Below are positions 24,990 to 38,080 of a DNA stretch of 64,000 bases, in pieces. The notes beneath the pieces were generated by a model. The model did not search any database, was not told the origin of the DNA, and was given only the letters and a program-made list of their open reading frames with translations. Where the stretch lies: NCBI RefSeq assembly GCF_964355755.1, contig NC_092672.1, forward strand, positions 17,931,237 to 17,995,236. Reading direction: 5' to 3'. This stretch comes from Antedon mediterranea. Its lineage: Eukaryota; Animalia; Echinodermata. The position numbers were made by a program, and so were the translations under genes. Positions within the stretch are counted from its first letter, which is position 1. Each line of letters begins with the position of its first letter.

Positions 24990-26485
24990 ATCTTTTTTTT
25001 AATCGTTTGCTTGAGACTGGTATTTTCCCAGATACCCTTAAGATTGCAAACATTTTTCCCATCTACAAAGCTGGGGATAAAAGTAGTCGTTGCCCCAATT
25101 TTCTAACACTTTAGAAAAATTATTTAACAACCGTCTGTTGAAATTTATAGACAAATTTGATATTCTATATTCAGGACAATTTGGTTTTAAGAAAAATATG
25201 TCCACTAGCCATGCATTGCTTCACTTTCCGAGTGTATACTTAAAGAGATGGACAGGTCTAACTATACAATCGGAATTTTTATTGACTTAAAAAAGGCGTT
25301 TGATACCATCGACCACAATATCTTTATAAAAAAACTTGAAGCTTATGGTATTCGTGGAATTGCCAATAAATAGATCCAAAATTATCTTTCTAACAGACAT
25401 TTTATGTGGCATCCCACAGGGCTCAATTTTGGGGCCCACTTTATTCCTTTATTGATACTTGGTATAAGGTAAATAGATTGACGTTGAACCATAGTAAAAC
25501 AAAGTATATTACTTTTAGTCGCAAAAACAATTATGAACCAACAAATTTAGTTATTAATGGTGTTGCAATTGAACGGGTAAATACAATAAAGTTTTTAGGA
25601 GTTAATATTGATGGAAAACTAAATTGGAAGTATCACATTGAATATATTCATTCCAAAATTTCTAAAAGTATTGGAATTATTTATAAAGTAAAACATTTAC
25701 TAAATACATCAGCTTTATTTACCGTAAATTATATAATTCATTAGTTTTGCCTTATTTTACATATTGTTGTGAAGTCTGGGGTAATACCTTTAAAACTAAT
25801 TTAAATTGTTTATACATATTACAAAAAAAAGGCACTCGGACTTGTTATGAAAGTCCCATACACAAGTCCAAGTAAACCAATTTTTTATTTTTTCTCTCGA
25901 TCTTTATAATTTAATAAACTATATACCGTTTCTCTAATGCATAAAGCTTTTCATAACTTACTCCCAGCGATTGTTCAAAATAATTTCATTTTATGCTCAG
26001 CTGTCCACGATAAATATACTCGACAAAACCAACACCAATTCTACCCACAATTTAAAAGAACCACTCAAAAATCATTAAGTTTAGTTAGTAGGCCTAAAGG
26101 CGTGATATACCTGAGACTCTTAAGTTACTTCCTATAACTTTTAAAATAAAATACAAAAATAAATTACTTTTGCAATACTCTGATTAAAACAGGTATTTTT
26201 TACAATTGCATTTTACTCTCTGAGAAAACTATCTTTTTGTTGTTGTTAAGATAAAAAAAAAAGGAGTGTTTGCATTTTTTTCTTAAAAGTTACATTTTGT
26301 TTGCCTATGCCCTTGTGCCCTTTTTCATATTTCTATTTGTATATATACTGTTTTGTAACAGGGGGTTTCTTATAAGCTGTGCTTCAGAGATTTCCCCTTT
26401 CCATTCTTTTATTTTTTTGTAATGAATATTTATGTATGTTTATGTTTTTTGTTGTGAATGGAATAAAGAAACAAACAAACAAACT
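24990..26485 (+). mobile_element. 5'-truncated decayed CR1/L2-group LINE (RT 3' half and tail)
   Basis: FIDLKKAFDTIDH, PQGSILGP and IKFLGVNID..LNW fragments; 3' stem-loop at 26360-26398; AATAAA and (AAAC)n tail. Confidence 0.9.
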
Positions 26486-26976
26486 TTATTTCAACGTTAA
26501 TTTAACGTTTTCATCATTGAATAAAGGCTGAAATTATGTTGTGTTTTAAATCAATTTTTACGTTTGTTTATCAATCTTATTTCAAAGTTAATTTAACGTT
26601 AAAATCCAATTGACATTTTTGGTTAAAATGACCAACATTGAATAAGTTGTGTTTTTATGTTTTTAACCAATTATTTTTTTTAATCAATGTTAGGCCTATT
26701 TAAACGTTAAATTAAAATTTAATTTTCATTTATTACTTTTGGTTAAAATGACGTTTGTTTTCATGTAGGCCCTACGTAGATATAGATGTTTTAACGTTAA
26801 ATTAACGTTGGATTTCGGTTAGCATTGATTTTATTTTCTATTATCAATTACATAACATAAATGTAGGGTGTCAGGAAAGCTAAGATCACAAAGCTAATAC
26901 CCCCTAAGACCTAAGATTACGAAACCTTACTAATAATTCTCTTTCGCACCTGCCCTTGTATTTTAATTCTAAATTA

Positions 26977-27080
26977 TCTAGAGAGAAAGAGATTAGAGAG
27001 GGGATGAATAAAGATGGACGACAACTACAACGTGTTTTGTTATTATTGTTGGTTTCAGCCTAACGAGCGAACCCGTAACA
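26977..27080 (+). repeat. 5' LTR (5'-truncated)
   Basis: Matches 35698-35796; ends ...cgtaaCA. Confidence 0.85.
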
Positions 27081-27083
27081 AAT

Positions 27084-27100
27084 TGGGGGGTCATCCGAGA
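27084..27100 (+). promoter_or_regulatory. Degenerate primer-binding site (tRNA-Pro-like TGGGGGCTCGTCCGGGA type)
   Basis: tggggggtcatccgaga, 3 nt after the LTR end. Confidence 0.6.
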
Positions 27101-27721
27101 ACAAAGTACTAAATTGTAGTTGTAGATCGAACTAATGGTAATTTTTGTTGCTTATTCTAAGCTGGTTTTAGGTTTAGAGGCGTTTTATAGCGAACGAGGT
27201 TTGGCGGTCGCCGAGCCAGTACACTGTGTGTTGTTGTTAAGGCTTGTGTAGACTTGCCTGTGATACTGGAAGTCTGTTTGGCTTTGATTTTTAGGGGTCT
27301 AGTTTTTGAGACCACGGCACAGGGTAGGTTTAATACTGTGTGGGCTTGGCAGGTACTTCATTACTGGTGCCTTAATTATTGGCATATTGGTTATTTTAAC
27401 CCGTGTTTTTGTTTGTTTCGAATAGAAACTATGTCAGAAAGGGATTTTGACGAGAAATTTTTGGATAGCATGTCCATTGAGGTGGTAGCTTAGCTATCAG
27501 AGGAGTTTTTGCGACTCCTAGGTACTAGGGTTGGAGCATCTATAAATGATTCCATGAATAAAGATGACTTGATAAATGTGAATGGAAATCATGTTGGTTT
27601 AATTACTCATGAATCTGTAAAAACTGCGGGGAATGAGATCGAGTTGGCTAGAATCGAGTTGGAACGTGACAAAAAAATGTTTGAACGAAGAAAAATAGAA
27701 ATGCAAAGGAAAATGGAAAAA

Positions 27722-28400
27722 GAACAAGGCCAACAGCCATAAGTCGCGTGCTCTCAGAAAAAAATGAACTTTCAAAAAGTAATGTACTTTAAAACATTTC
27801 TGTACATCAAAACAGTTCAAAAAGTACAGAAAAACGCAAAGTGATACCCGACAGACCGACCGACAGACCGACCGACATAGTTAAAACTTGTCTGTACATC
27901 AAAACAGTTCAAAAAGTACAGAAAAGCGATAAAACGCATAGTGATACCGGACCGACAGACAGACCGACAGGCCGACCGACATAGTGAACTATTGAGTCGC
28001 GTCCACGCGACTAATTGTCTGTACATCAAAACAGTTCAAAAAGTACAGAAAAGCGATAAAACGTATAGTGATACCGGACCGACAGACAGATCGACAGACC
28101 GACCGACCGACATAGTGAACTATTGAGTCGCGTCCACCCACACGACTAATTGTCTGTACATCAAAACAGTTCAAAAAGTACAGAAAAGCGATAAAACGCA
28201 TAGTGATACCGGACCGACAGACCGACAGACCGACCGATATAGTGAACTATAGAGTCGCGTCCACCCACGCGACTAATTGTCTGTACATCAAAACAGTTCA
28301 AAAAGTACAGAAAAGCGATAACACGCATAGTGATACCGGACCGACAGACAGACCGACCGACAGACAGACCGACCGACAGACCGACCGACATAGTGAACTG
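27722..28400 (-). mobile_element. Helentron-associated non-autonomous element (HINE/DINE-1-like) with tandemly amplified ~120-130-bp modules
   Basis: Minus strand shows ttagtcgcgt..acgcgactc, (GTCT/GTCG)n microsatellite and 3' end cacgcgacttatggc..ggccttgtt. It splits the Gypsy gag. Confidence 0.7.
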
Positions 28401-28710
28401 AATTTGTATTAAGAAAATTGGAATTAGCTAACCACATGGCTCACACACAGGTTTCTACACCTAATGATTCAGAGATTACTTAGAATATTAAATGTGTTCC
28501 TAAGTTTATTGAAGACGAGGTAGAGACATATTTTTTAGCTTTTGAGAAAACTGCCAATAGATTAAAGTGGCCTGCTAGATACTGGACAGTGTTGTTACAA
28601 ACTGCTCTTGTTGGTAAAGCCCAAGAGGTATTTTCTGCATTGGCTGATAATCAATGTGAAAGGTATGATGCGGTTAAAACTGCTGTTTTGTCAGCTTATG
28701 AGTTAGTTCC

Positions 28711-28909
28711 AAAGGCGTACTATCGTCAGAAATTTAGGAACTTAGGTTACCCTTATGATCAAACTTTTACGGAATTTGCACGTAAGAAGCAGATTCTTTT
28801 TGATAGATGGTGTAGTTCGGAAGGAGTAAAGGGTGAGCTTATGTTAGTTGAGGAGTTTAAATCTTCTTTCCCTACTAAAGTTCGTACACATCTAGAGGAG
28901 CAGAAAGTT
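28711..28909 (+). repeat. 199-bp target-site duplication, left copy
   Basis: Identical to 32053-32251. Confidence 0.93.
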
Positions 28910-31900
28910 TTTTTTTTTCTCTTTTGTGGTTAACCACCACTTTTATTCATTCTTTCATACAAATTTCGTTCACATTGCATTTTCATACATTAAATTTCTG
29001 TTTTCTACTTTTTTCGTTATTTTCTGATTTTTACTCTTTTAACCTTTATACATATAGTGGTTTGATTATATGCATACAAAAACTGTACATCTTAAAATAC
29101 AAAAATGGATGCCACTTATAAGTTACAACATGCCTAGTGTATTAATATCTTTTAAAATATATTTAAACTGAATCCAGGGATTCTGGCATACAGGTTTTTT
29201 AAGTTCAGTTTTAATTTTAATTATGTATATGACGTACACAGCTATTGAATACAATTGGTTTTTTAATTGACATTTACTTCCTAACAGGAGTTCTTTGAAC
29301 GAGCTACTGCTGTTATCTAGCTTTTTAAATATATTGTCAATTTTTTCCCACATTATTTGATTACGTCTACAATAATAAAACATATGTTTTTCGTCTTCAA
29401 TGACTCCACAATTGTTACATATGTTATTATTTTTCAGTTTCCAGTTATACAGTTTTAGATTTGTAGGTACAACTCTATTTAGTAATTTGTAATTCAATTG
29501 GGCAAATTTCTTAATTTTTTCGTTTTTCACTTTTCTTTTCCAGACATCACACCACTTGATATCTTCATTAAATATGTTATTCCATTTAAGTATGCTTTTC
29601 GGGGGAATAAAAACGTTATTAACAAAGTTAGAATAAACATCTTTTGTTGTCATCTTAATTATATTGTTGATATTGTATTCCAGATTCACATTCATATATT
29701 GGTTCATATTTGGCATATTATGTTTAATTATACTTAACCACTCTTTTGGAATAGCTCTGGTTAGAGAAACATATTCAGCTATCCAGTTTTTTTTAATACG
29801 TAATTGTTTAATTATTTCTATAGGTTTCATTAGACGATTGAAAATAATTATATCTTTAATTTGATTAAAACCTGCATCTATCCAGTTCTTAAAGAATAGT
29901 GGTTTGTTTCTATATTTAATATCATTAATACCCCATAAGTTTTGCTTGATCACTTCTTCATACTCGTTAATTGTACCTTCATTATTCATATTATTAAATT
30001 CAACACAACACTTTAGAACATTATAATAAAAAGATGGTATATTATCTAAGCCCATGTTATTTTGAAAATTGATATTTGACATACTTAAAATTAGTTGTTC
30101 GGTTCCAAATTTGTTAAAATAGTATAGTGGTAATATTTTCCATCTTACGTGTTTTCTACACAGTAATTTTCTTGCCCATATCATTTTCAGAGAGTTTATG
30201 TGTAATGCGAAATCAGGCATACCTATGCCCCCTTTAATCATTTTACCGATTAAAGTTTTTCTTTTTATTTTTTCTGTTTTTCCATTCCATAAAAAGTTAT
30301 ATATCAATTTATTTATTTTAAAAATAACATCATCTGGTACATCAATTATACATGCATTGTATGTTAGTTTAGACAAAGCTAAACTTTTTAAAATGGTAAC
30401 TTTGCCAAAAAAGGTTAGGTTTCTTCCTTTCCATCTATTGAGTAGCATTTCTAAGTTTGCCACCTTACTATCCCAATTTAATTCACTGCATTTGTTCTCA
30501 TTATATCCCACATAAATACCCAAAATCTTAATTGGTTCATTAACCCAATTTAGACTGCATGGTTTTTCAATTTTGTTTACATTTTTGCCAATCCATATAG
30601 CGTTGGTTTTTTTTTATATTTAAAGTCATACCAGACGCTTTACCAAACTTATTAACAATGTTTAAACCAATCTCTATACTTTTTTCATTTCCCACAAAGA
30701 GTACAGTGTCATCTGCCAGATGCGCAATGCGAACTTCCTCACCATTATCATTGTTAGGTAAAGATATTCCTTTATAGCATTTATCTTTTCTTATATTACA
30801 CGCCATAATTTCTACTACTAAAATAAAGAGTAACGCCGACAATGGGCAACCCTGTCTTATTCCGCATTCCATTTCAAAACTTTCTGATATCCAACCATTA
30901 TTAACAATAACACATTCAGATTTACTATAAATTGTATTTACCCATTTTAAAAAGGAGTCTCCAAAATTAAATTTTTTTAGTACCTTAAACATAAAGTCTC
31001 TATTTACAGAATCAAAAGCTTTTCTAAAATCAAGGGATAGAATAGCTCCTTCGATTTGTTCTTCTGCTGTATAATACAGAATATCATTAATTAGACGGAC
31101 GTTTTCTCCAGCGAATCGTCCTTTAATGTACCCCTTTTGGTCATTGTCAACTACATTTTCAATTACTTTATGAAGTCTCATACATAGAATTTGAGTTAAA
31201 ATGTTGTAGTCTGTATTTAATAAAGTGATAGGACGCCAGTTTTCAAGCAATTTTTTATCACCTTTTTTGTATAATAGGCTTATAATACCACGTTTCTGTG
31301 TAGAACTCATTTCATTGTTAAAATAACATGCATTTAGAGCGTCACAAACAATGTGTTTAATGTCGTCCCAGAGATGTAAATAAAACTCAACGGTCAAGCC
31401 ATCACATCCGGGAGTTTTATTTAAGTTCATTTTTTTAATTGCATTGGTACATTCATTTAGTGTGACAATACCTTCACATATCCCCTTTTCTTCTTCAGTT
31501 AAACTAGTTACATTTGATTTATCTAGGTAAGTGTTTATTTTTTTAAGGGGTATACCCTTATTTGCATATAGATGCCTATAAAATCTAACTTCCTCACAAA
31601 GGATTTCCTTTGTCTTCGTTAGTACTCTACCCTTCTCGTTTTGTAAACATTTGATTTGGTTTTTTTTCCCTTATTTTTTTCCAGACTAAGAAAATATTTA
31701 GTGCTACGTTCGCCCTCTTCAATCCATTTTACTCTAGAACGTATATATGCACCTTTTGTTTCATTATCATAAATATTTTCCAGCTTTTTTGTTTTGTTTG
31801 CAATTTTTGCTTCTATGCGCTCATTGGCAGTACAATCATTATTTAATAAAGAATCATTTAGTTTTTTTATTTCTTTTTCTAGTTTTACTTTTTTTCTTTT

Positions 31901-32052
31901 TTTTTCTTTATTGATTTTTTTGCCATAGTAGATTGAAACGTCTTTAATTTTGGCTTTTAATAATTCCCATAATACATCTGGACTAAGGTTATTTTCATTG
32001 GTTTGAGTTTTTTTAATTACATTTGTAATATAGTTTTGGTAATCAGTATTTT
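28910..32052 (-). mobile_element. 5'-truncated L1/Tx1-clade non-LTR retrotransposon with poly(A) tail
   Basis: IRSRVKWIEEGERSTKYF, TPGCDGL..EFY, NWRPITLLNTDY, LDFRKAFD, GIRQGCPLS, LADD and C-terminal CxxC..H....C. AATAAA, a hairpin and an A-tail at ~28910-28947. Frameshifts fall in homopolymer runs. Confidence 0.95.
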
Positions 32053-32251
32053 AAAGGCGTACTATCGTCAGAAATTTAGGAACTTAGGTTACCCTTATGA
32101 TCAAACTTTTACGGAATTTGCACGTAAGAAGCAGATTCTTTTTGATAGATGGTGTAGTTCGGAAGGAGTAAAGGGTGAGCTTATGTTAGTTGAGGAGTTT
32201 AAATCTTCTTTCCCTACTAAAGTTCGTACACATCTAGAGGAGCAGAAAGTT
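32053..32251 (+). repeat. 199-bp target-site duplication, right copy
   Basis: Identical to 28711-28909; gag continues in frame after it (KVDNLMKAA). Confidence 0.93.
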
Positions 32252-35200
32252 GATAATTTAATGAAAGCAGCTTCTGTTGCCGATAATTATGTGCTCACGC
32301 ACAAGGTGGTGGATACCAAATCGGTTTCAAAATCTATTGATGATTCTAAGGTCCAAAGTCCGAAAACTACAGTTAATAGTACTGTAGTAGTAAATTTGTA
32401 AGAACTTGTTTTTATTGCAAGAAAAGGGGTTATATAAAGGCAGATTACTGGTTGTTTCAAAACAAAGTTAAAGGGATAATAAGAAACCCCAATCACTTCC
32501 AAACACGTTATTCAGTACAGTCCCGTTGAAAGTGACAGAGGTTCATGATGTTGATGAAAGTTAGAAATTGATCAAATCTTCAGGTCCGGAAAAAGTGCGA
32601 AAGCTAAATAAGCCTTTCCTCTCTACTGGTTCTGTAGCATTGATCAACGATATGAATCTAAGTAGAGTTAGAGTCTTAAGAGACACAGGGGTGTCACAAT
32701 CCCTGATAATAGAATCGGCATTGTGTGTGATTTCGGCCCGACAGTTCTCAATCGGTCTAGGTTAGTGGACGAGCAGTTGTCATTTGGTCAGCAAGCCCTT
32801 TCTGTAGAGGAAATGTCTATTGTTCTTGTTTGTTATTATATAAAGGATGGCATACTTATGCGTAAGTGGAGGCCACCAGATATTCCCAGTAGTGATGTTT
32901 GGAATGAGATTCACCAGATAGTTGTTCCTAGTGGATACCGTCACGTCAGGATATTATTGGTATTGCGCATGATGATCCTCTTTCAGGTCATTTAGGTGTC
33001 AATAAAACGGTAGACAAAATTCTCAGGCATTTCTTTTGGCCAGGTCTTAGAAAAGATGTGTGTAAATATTGTAAATCCTGCCATGCGTGTCAGGTAGTGG
33101 GGAAGCCTAAACAAAAGGTTCCAGTAGCCCCACTTAAGCCTATTCCTGCTCTCGGTGAACCATTTTCAAGGGTTAGGCCTATTGTTGATTGTGTGGGACC
33201 ATTACCACCTACTAAAAATGGAAATGAATATCTACTAACAATAATGTGTGCATCAAGTAGGTTTCCAGAAGCGATTCCTCTTAGGCGTATTACAGCTAAG
33301 AACGTCGTTAAAGCATTGGTAAAATTCTTGACATGGGTAGGATTGCCTAAAGTTGTTCAGTCCGATCAAGGATCAAACTTCATGTCAAAGATATTTAAAC
33401 AAGTCTTAGAGCAGTTAGGTGTTGCCTATATAAGTTCAAGTGCTTACCATCCACAGTCTCAAGGGGCACTTCAGAGATTTCATCAAAAATAATATGCTTA
33501 AAACCTATTGTTTTCAATGTGAAAAGGAATGGGATGAGGGAGTTCCCTTATTGTTATTCGCTGTTTGTGAAACAGAGTCCTTAGGGTTTAGCCCATATGA
33601 GTTGGTGTATGGTCGACCATGACCGGTCATTCGGTCCGAGGCCCTCTTAAAATAGTCAAGGAAAGTATGTTAGGGAATGCAGAAGAGTCTGTATCGATAC
33701 TAGATTATGTGTCTGAATTTCGTGATCGATTAAATAGTGCTCATGAGATGGCTAGAAAGAATCTTGTGAAGGCTCAGGGTAAAATGAAGGGATTGTTTGA
33801 TAGGAAATCAGAAAAGAGAAGCTTTAGTTCAGGTGATGAAGTGTTAGTTATGTTGCCTTTTCCCAGTCAGCCATTATCTGCAAGATTTGCTGGTCCTTAC
33901 AAAGTATTAGAAAGAGTAGGAGAAGTTGACTATGTGTTAGATACTCCAGATAGGCGTAAGAAGAAGCGACTGTGTCATATAAACATGTTGAAACCATACA
34001 CAGCGAGAAATAATATACCGTGATACCTGTACGTCAACACCAGTTACGTGTGTTGTTGAAGAGAATTCTGAAAAGTTTGGGGATCCTGATACATATGTTA
34101 AGTTCAGTAATTCAGATTTCATTGCAAACATTGAAGAGAAAGCTGTTCATTTATCTCGTGATCGTAAGGTTGAAATTGTTAGTTTGATATTTGGAAATTT
34201 GCTTGTTGTTTTCAGATGTTCTAGGTCGAACGAACTTAGTGGAGCATGACGTTAAGACAATAAAACAAAATCCATATAAAGCAAATCCATTCAAGATACT
34301 ACAAAATTAGATTGATTACATGATTAAGAATGATATCATCGAGCCTAGTTGCAGTGCTTGGAGTTCTTCATGTATATTAGTTCCAAAGCCAGATAAATCT
34401 ATCGTTTTTGTACTGATTACCGGAAGGTAGTAAATTTGATCTTCTAAAGGGTTACTGGCAAATTCCTTTAACAGAGCGTGCGAAAGAAGTGTCAGCTTTC
34501 TTAACTCTCATGAGTCTTTATCAGTATAAGGTCATTCCGTTCGGTTTAAAAAATGCGCCAGCCACGTTCCAAAGATTTGTTAATGGTATAATTTCAGGGT
34601 TGGAGGGCTGTGAAGCTTATATAGACGATTTGGTTGTTTATATTGATACATTGGATGTGCATGTGCGGCGAATTAAGGCATTGTTTGACAGGTTGTCAGC
34701 TGCAAAGTTGACAGTAAATTTGGTGAAAAGCGAGTTTTCCTGTGCAGAAATTGTGTTCTTAGGTCATAAAGTTGGTTGCGGAAAAGTGAAACCATTAAGT
34801 GCTAAGATTAAGGCAGTCTGTAATTTCCCAGTTCCAAAGAGTAAGCAGGAGTTATTGCGGTTCCTGGGAATGGCTGGGTTTTATCAACGTTTTTGCAGAA
34901 GTTTCTCAACGCTTGTAGCTCCATTAACGAATCTGTTGAAAAAAAATCCGAGCTTTGTCTGGTTGGAGGAATGCAGTTATGCGTTCATTAAAGTTATCAA
35001 ACGAACCGGTGTTGATAACAATGACAATTTGATAAACAGTTCTCGTTAATGATCGATGCCAGTGATGTTGGTTCTGGTGGCCTGTTGGCGCAAACAGACG
35101 AGAATGGTGTTGACAAGCCTGTGTGTTTCTTCTCAAGAAAATTCGACCAGCATGAGAAGCGTTATTCTATTGTCGAGAAGGAGACATTAGCTTTGATGTC

Positions 35201-35666
35201 AGCGTTAAAGCACTTTGAGGTGCATCTTGGATCTACTCCGTTTCCAATTGTAGTTTGGACTGACCACAACCCATAAACGTTCTTGGCAAAAATGAAGGAC
35301 AAGAATCAACGCTTGTTGAGATGGAGTTTAGCAGTTCAAGAAATTAATCTGGAAATTCATCATATCAGAGGAAAAGACAATGTTGTAGCTGACGCTTTGT
35401 CGAGAGTTTAGATAAAACACGCATGAAATGATTTTTAAAATGTTGTTGATTTTAAAAGTGTTTATTTAAATATACTGTAATATGTTAGTTGTGATGCATT
35501 AATGGCATACACGGATTTAAAGTCATTAGAACTTGTGCAATTTTAAATAAACAGTTGAAGTAAAATCATATCATATCAACGACCTGTTAAAATAACTATA
35601 AGAAAAGATTTAAGATGTTATAGTAAACAGTTATAAGTTTAATCATATCAAACTTTAAGTGGGGTG

Positions 35667-35796
35667 TGTGATGAGTTTGTCACACGGAAGTGAGCCCTCT
35701 AGAGAGAAAGAAAGGAGATGAATAAAGATGGATGACAACATGTTTTGTTATATTATTATTATTGTTGGTTTCAGCCTAACGAGCGAACCTGTAAAA
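35667..35796 (+). repeat. 3' LTR preceded by a degenerate PPT
   Basis: aagtggggtg precedes TGtgatg...; contains AATAAA; shares gttggtttcagcctaacgagcgaacc with the 5' LTR. Confidence 0.85.
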
Positions 35797-36121
35797 CGGG
35801 GGACGATGTTCCTTGGAACCCCGGTGGATAGGTACTGTAAGTATAGAGGTATCACGGACGGCTACCAACAGTACAATTCAGGGATCAGGTGCCGTTTTCG
35901 GCCACCTCAACTTATATGGACTATACCATTATAGGAAAATAGGGGTGTCCCATCGGCATTTATTAATTGAGTGTGCTGTGTTAAAATAATGCTGCTTTTG
36001 TTCTTTTGTTTAGTGCATTATGTTTCAGCAACAAAGGGAAAACAACTACGCTCTGCACGCTGTAGAATTAATTACTTTTCCAGTTAATACAGTATATTAT
36101 GTTTTTTAATTTCTATATAAT

Positions 36122-36649
36122 AGGGAGGTTTCGCAATCTTACGAATACGATAACGAATACGTCACGCACACGTATTCGTTTTTCTTAAGCCAGTAAAAAT
36201 CTGTTTCGCATGGCAACGAAATATTGAGGGCACGTCAAAAATATGACTGCGGTAAATTTGAGCGAAGCGCGGGTACGTGTTGCTTGGTGCTTGGCTGCCT
36301 AGGCCTAGCGTAACATCAAAGCGAGTGAGGACTTTAAAAACTGCTATTTATCAAAATTGACCTGACATTTTAGTAAATTACTTTAGTAAATTACTTTCAA
36401 TAAAAGTATAATTATTTTATAATCATGAATCATTCCTGATTGAAATGCAAAATGTGCAAAATAGCTCAAAAACTATACTCGTTTTGTAGTTACGAATATG
36501 ACTGGTGATATTCGTCGACACGAATACCCTTTACCAGGGAAGAGTTAACTCTTCCCTGGCTTTACGAATATGAAATAGGGATCAGCGCAAAAGTTTCACA
36601 AATGTGTGACGTATCCGTTTTCGTATTCGTAAGGTTGCAAAACCTCCCT
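36122..36649. mobile_element. PIF/Harbinger-like MITE, copy 2, carrying a 26-bp palindrome insertion
   Basis: Same TIRs and body as 16748-17239; AAT/AAT 3-bp TSD. Confidence 0.85.
36534..36559. mobile_element. 26-bp perfect palindrome insertion with 5-bp TSD (CTTTA)
   Basis: cttta|ccagggaagagttaactcttccctgg|cttta; absent from the paralogous MITE at ~17145-17160. Confidence 0.8.
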
Positions 36650-37599
36650 AATGGTTTAGGTATCCATCCCTAATATAGATATATTAGGTGGATTCCCCTA
36701 ATTTTTATGGATTTATAGATATAGAAAGTATAAAGAAATTAGTTTTTATTCCAGTTACAAATAAAAAATATAATTTATCTAACGACAACACAGTAGCACA
36801 TTTTATAAAGATGGCAGTAGTACATTTAATAAGATCTATCATCACATACTGAATATTAGGTAATTAGTAAAACAAATAACAGTATAATTATGTCAATAAT
36901 CTGTACCATTAATTTTTGTTCCCAGCAAACACAGAACGTTTGTTAAACGTAATCGAAACGTTTAAAATTGCGTGTTTTTAGGTTTGGGTTTTCTAAAACG
37001 TTTTAAAACGTTTCTGTGTAGAAATTTCTAATTGAACAACGTTTGCATCAAAACGTTGTAATAACGAATGTAAAACGGGGCTGATAATGTTGCCATGAAG
37101 AGGATGATTAGTGTCTTCCAATATAGCATGGAATACATCGGCAAGCCGTTCGCTGTAGACAATTACTTTCCCCAGCACCTTTTCAATTCTTTCTATATCT
37201 CCCTTACATGCCCTTACTGATATTCCAAGCCCAATATACAATATCCCCAAATAGAACATCACTGATTAGTAAACATAACATAATATAGTACAAATATCCT
37301 GCTTTACCCCAAACGAACCGAGTTTCCTCAAACAGTACAGCCTTGTATTTAACTTCTTAACTATATGGTCAAGTACACACTAGGCCTACTCCAGATCCTT
37401 ATAATTGTTAACAATCTCTACTTCCTTTCCTTTAATGTATACTGTCGGACCAATATTATGTTTTCGAAAATCAATCCTTATTTCTTCAAGAAAATTGTTG
37501 CCACAATAATCGGTAAATCGTAAATAAAGTTTTCTTTTTTACAGAGGGGTGGCGGTGGACGGGTCACTGCGGTACAGTTACGCCCGAAGGTAGCCGAGT

Positions 37600-38080
37600 G
37601 TTGGGATTACTCACTGGACGAGCTAAGGCACCTGTTCTGGACCGACTGGTTGCAGAATGGGAACCCTCCAAGAACCAGCTGTTTATCTCCAGCGCTGCCA
37701 CCAAATACTACTTACTGAACAATCCAAATTTTCTCTCTCGATATTTTGTGTACTGGAAACTTAAAATATGGGGAAATCATCTGCTGTTTATCGGATTTGA
37801 TTACCTTTTCAGAAGGTACGTTGCATTCTGTGGATCTTTTGGAATGGGTGAAATCAACTGTTGGTTTTAATATACGCCTGCATCTCACGGAAGCAGGTAT
37901 CCTGTTCATTAACCAAGCAGAGGGTACAGGACACCTTCTTGTGTTGCCCAAGGAGCTACAAGCTATAGCTCTCGGGCTACATCATGATCTGCCGTCGGCG
38001 GGTCATCAAGGGGTCCCCCGGATCAAGTTTCGACAGAAGGAGAAGTTTTTTTATGGTACGGTAAAACTTGCTGAACTGAA
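37600..38080 (+). pseudogene. Gypsy pol fragment (pre-integrase Zn-finger region)
   Basis: LLVLPKELQAIALGLHHDLPSAGHQGV motif. Confidence 0.65.

Larger units (their letters stand above)
26977..35796 (+). mobile_element. Decayed full-length Gmr1-type Gypsy LTR retrotransposon (gag-PR-IN-RT-RH order) with nested HINE-like and Tx1/L1 insertions
   Basis: SCAN-like gag (VPKF.EDEVETYFLAFEK...YELVP.AYRQKFR), protease LRDTG, integrase (GHLG..CHAC, VDCVGPLP, SDQG, SAYHPQSQG, GPY) upstream of RT (PFGLKNAPATFQR, YIDD) and RNase H (IDAS, YSIVEKE, TDHNP, ADALSR). Confidence 0.92.

Noticed and set aside
29123-31430. Programmed frameshift in Tx1 ORF2
   Set aside because: Breaks fall in homopolymer runs, more simply explained by slippage or sequencing error in a 5'-truncated copy.
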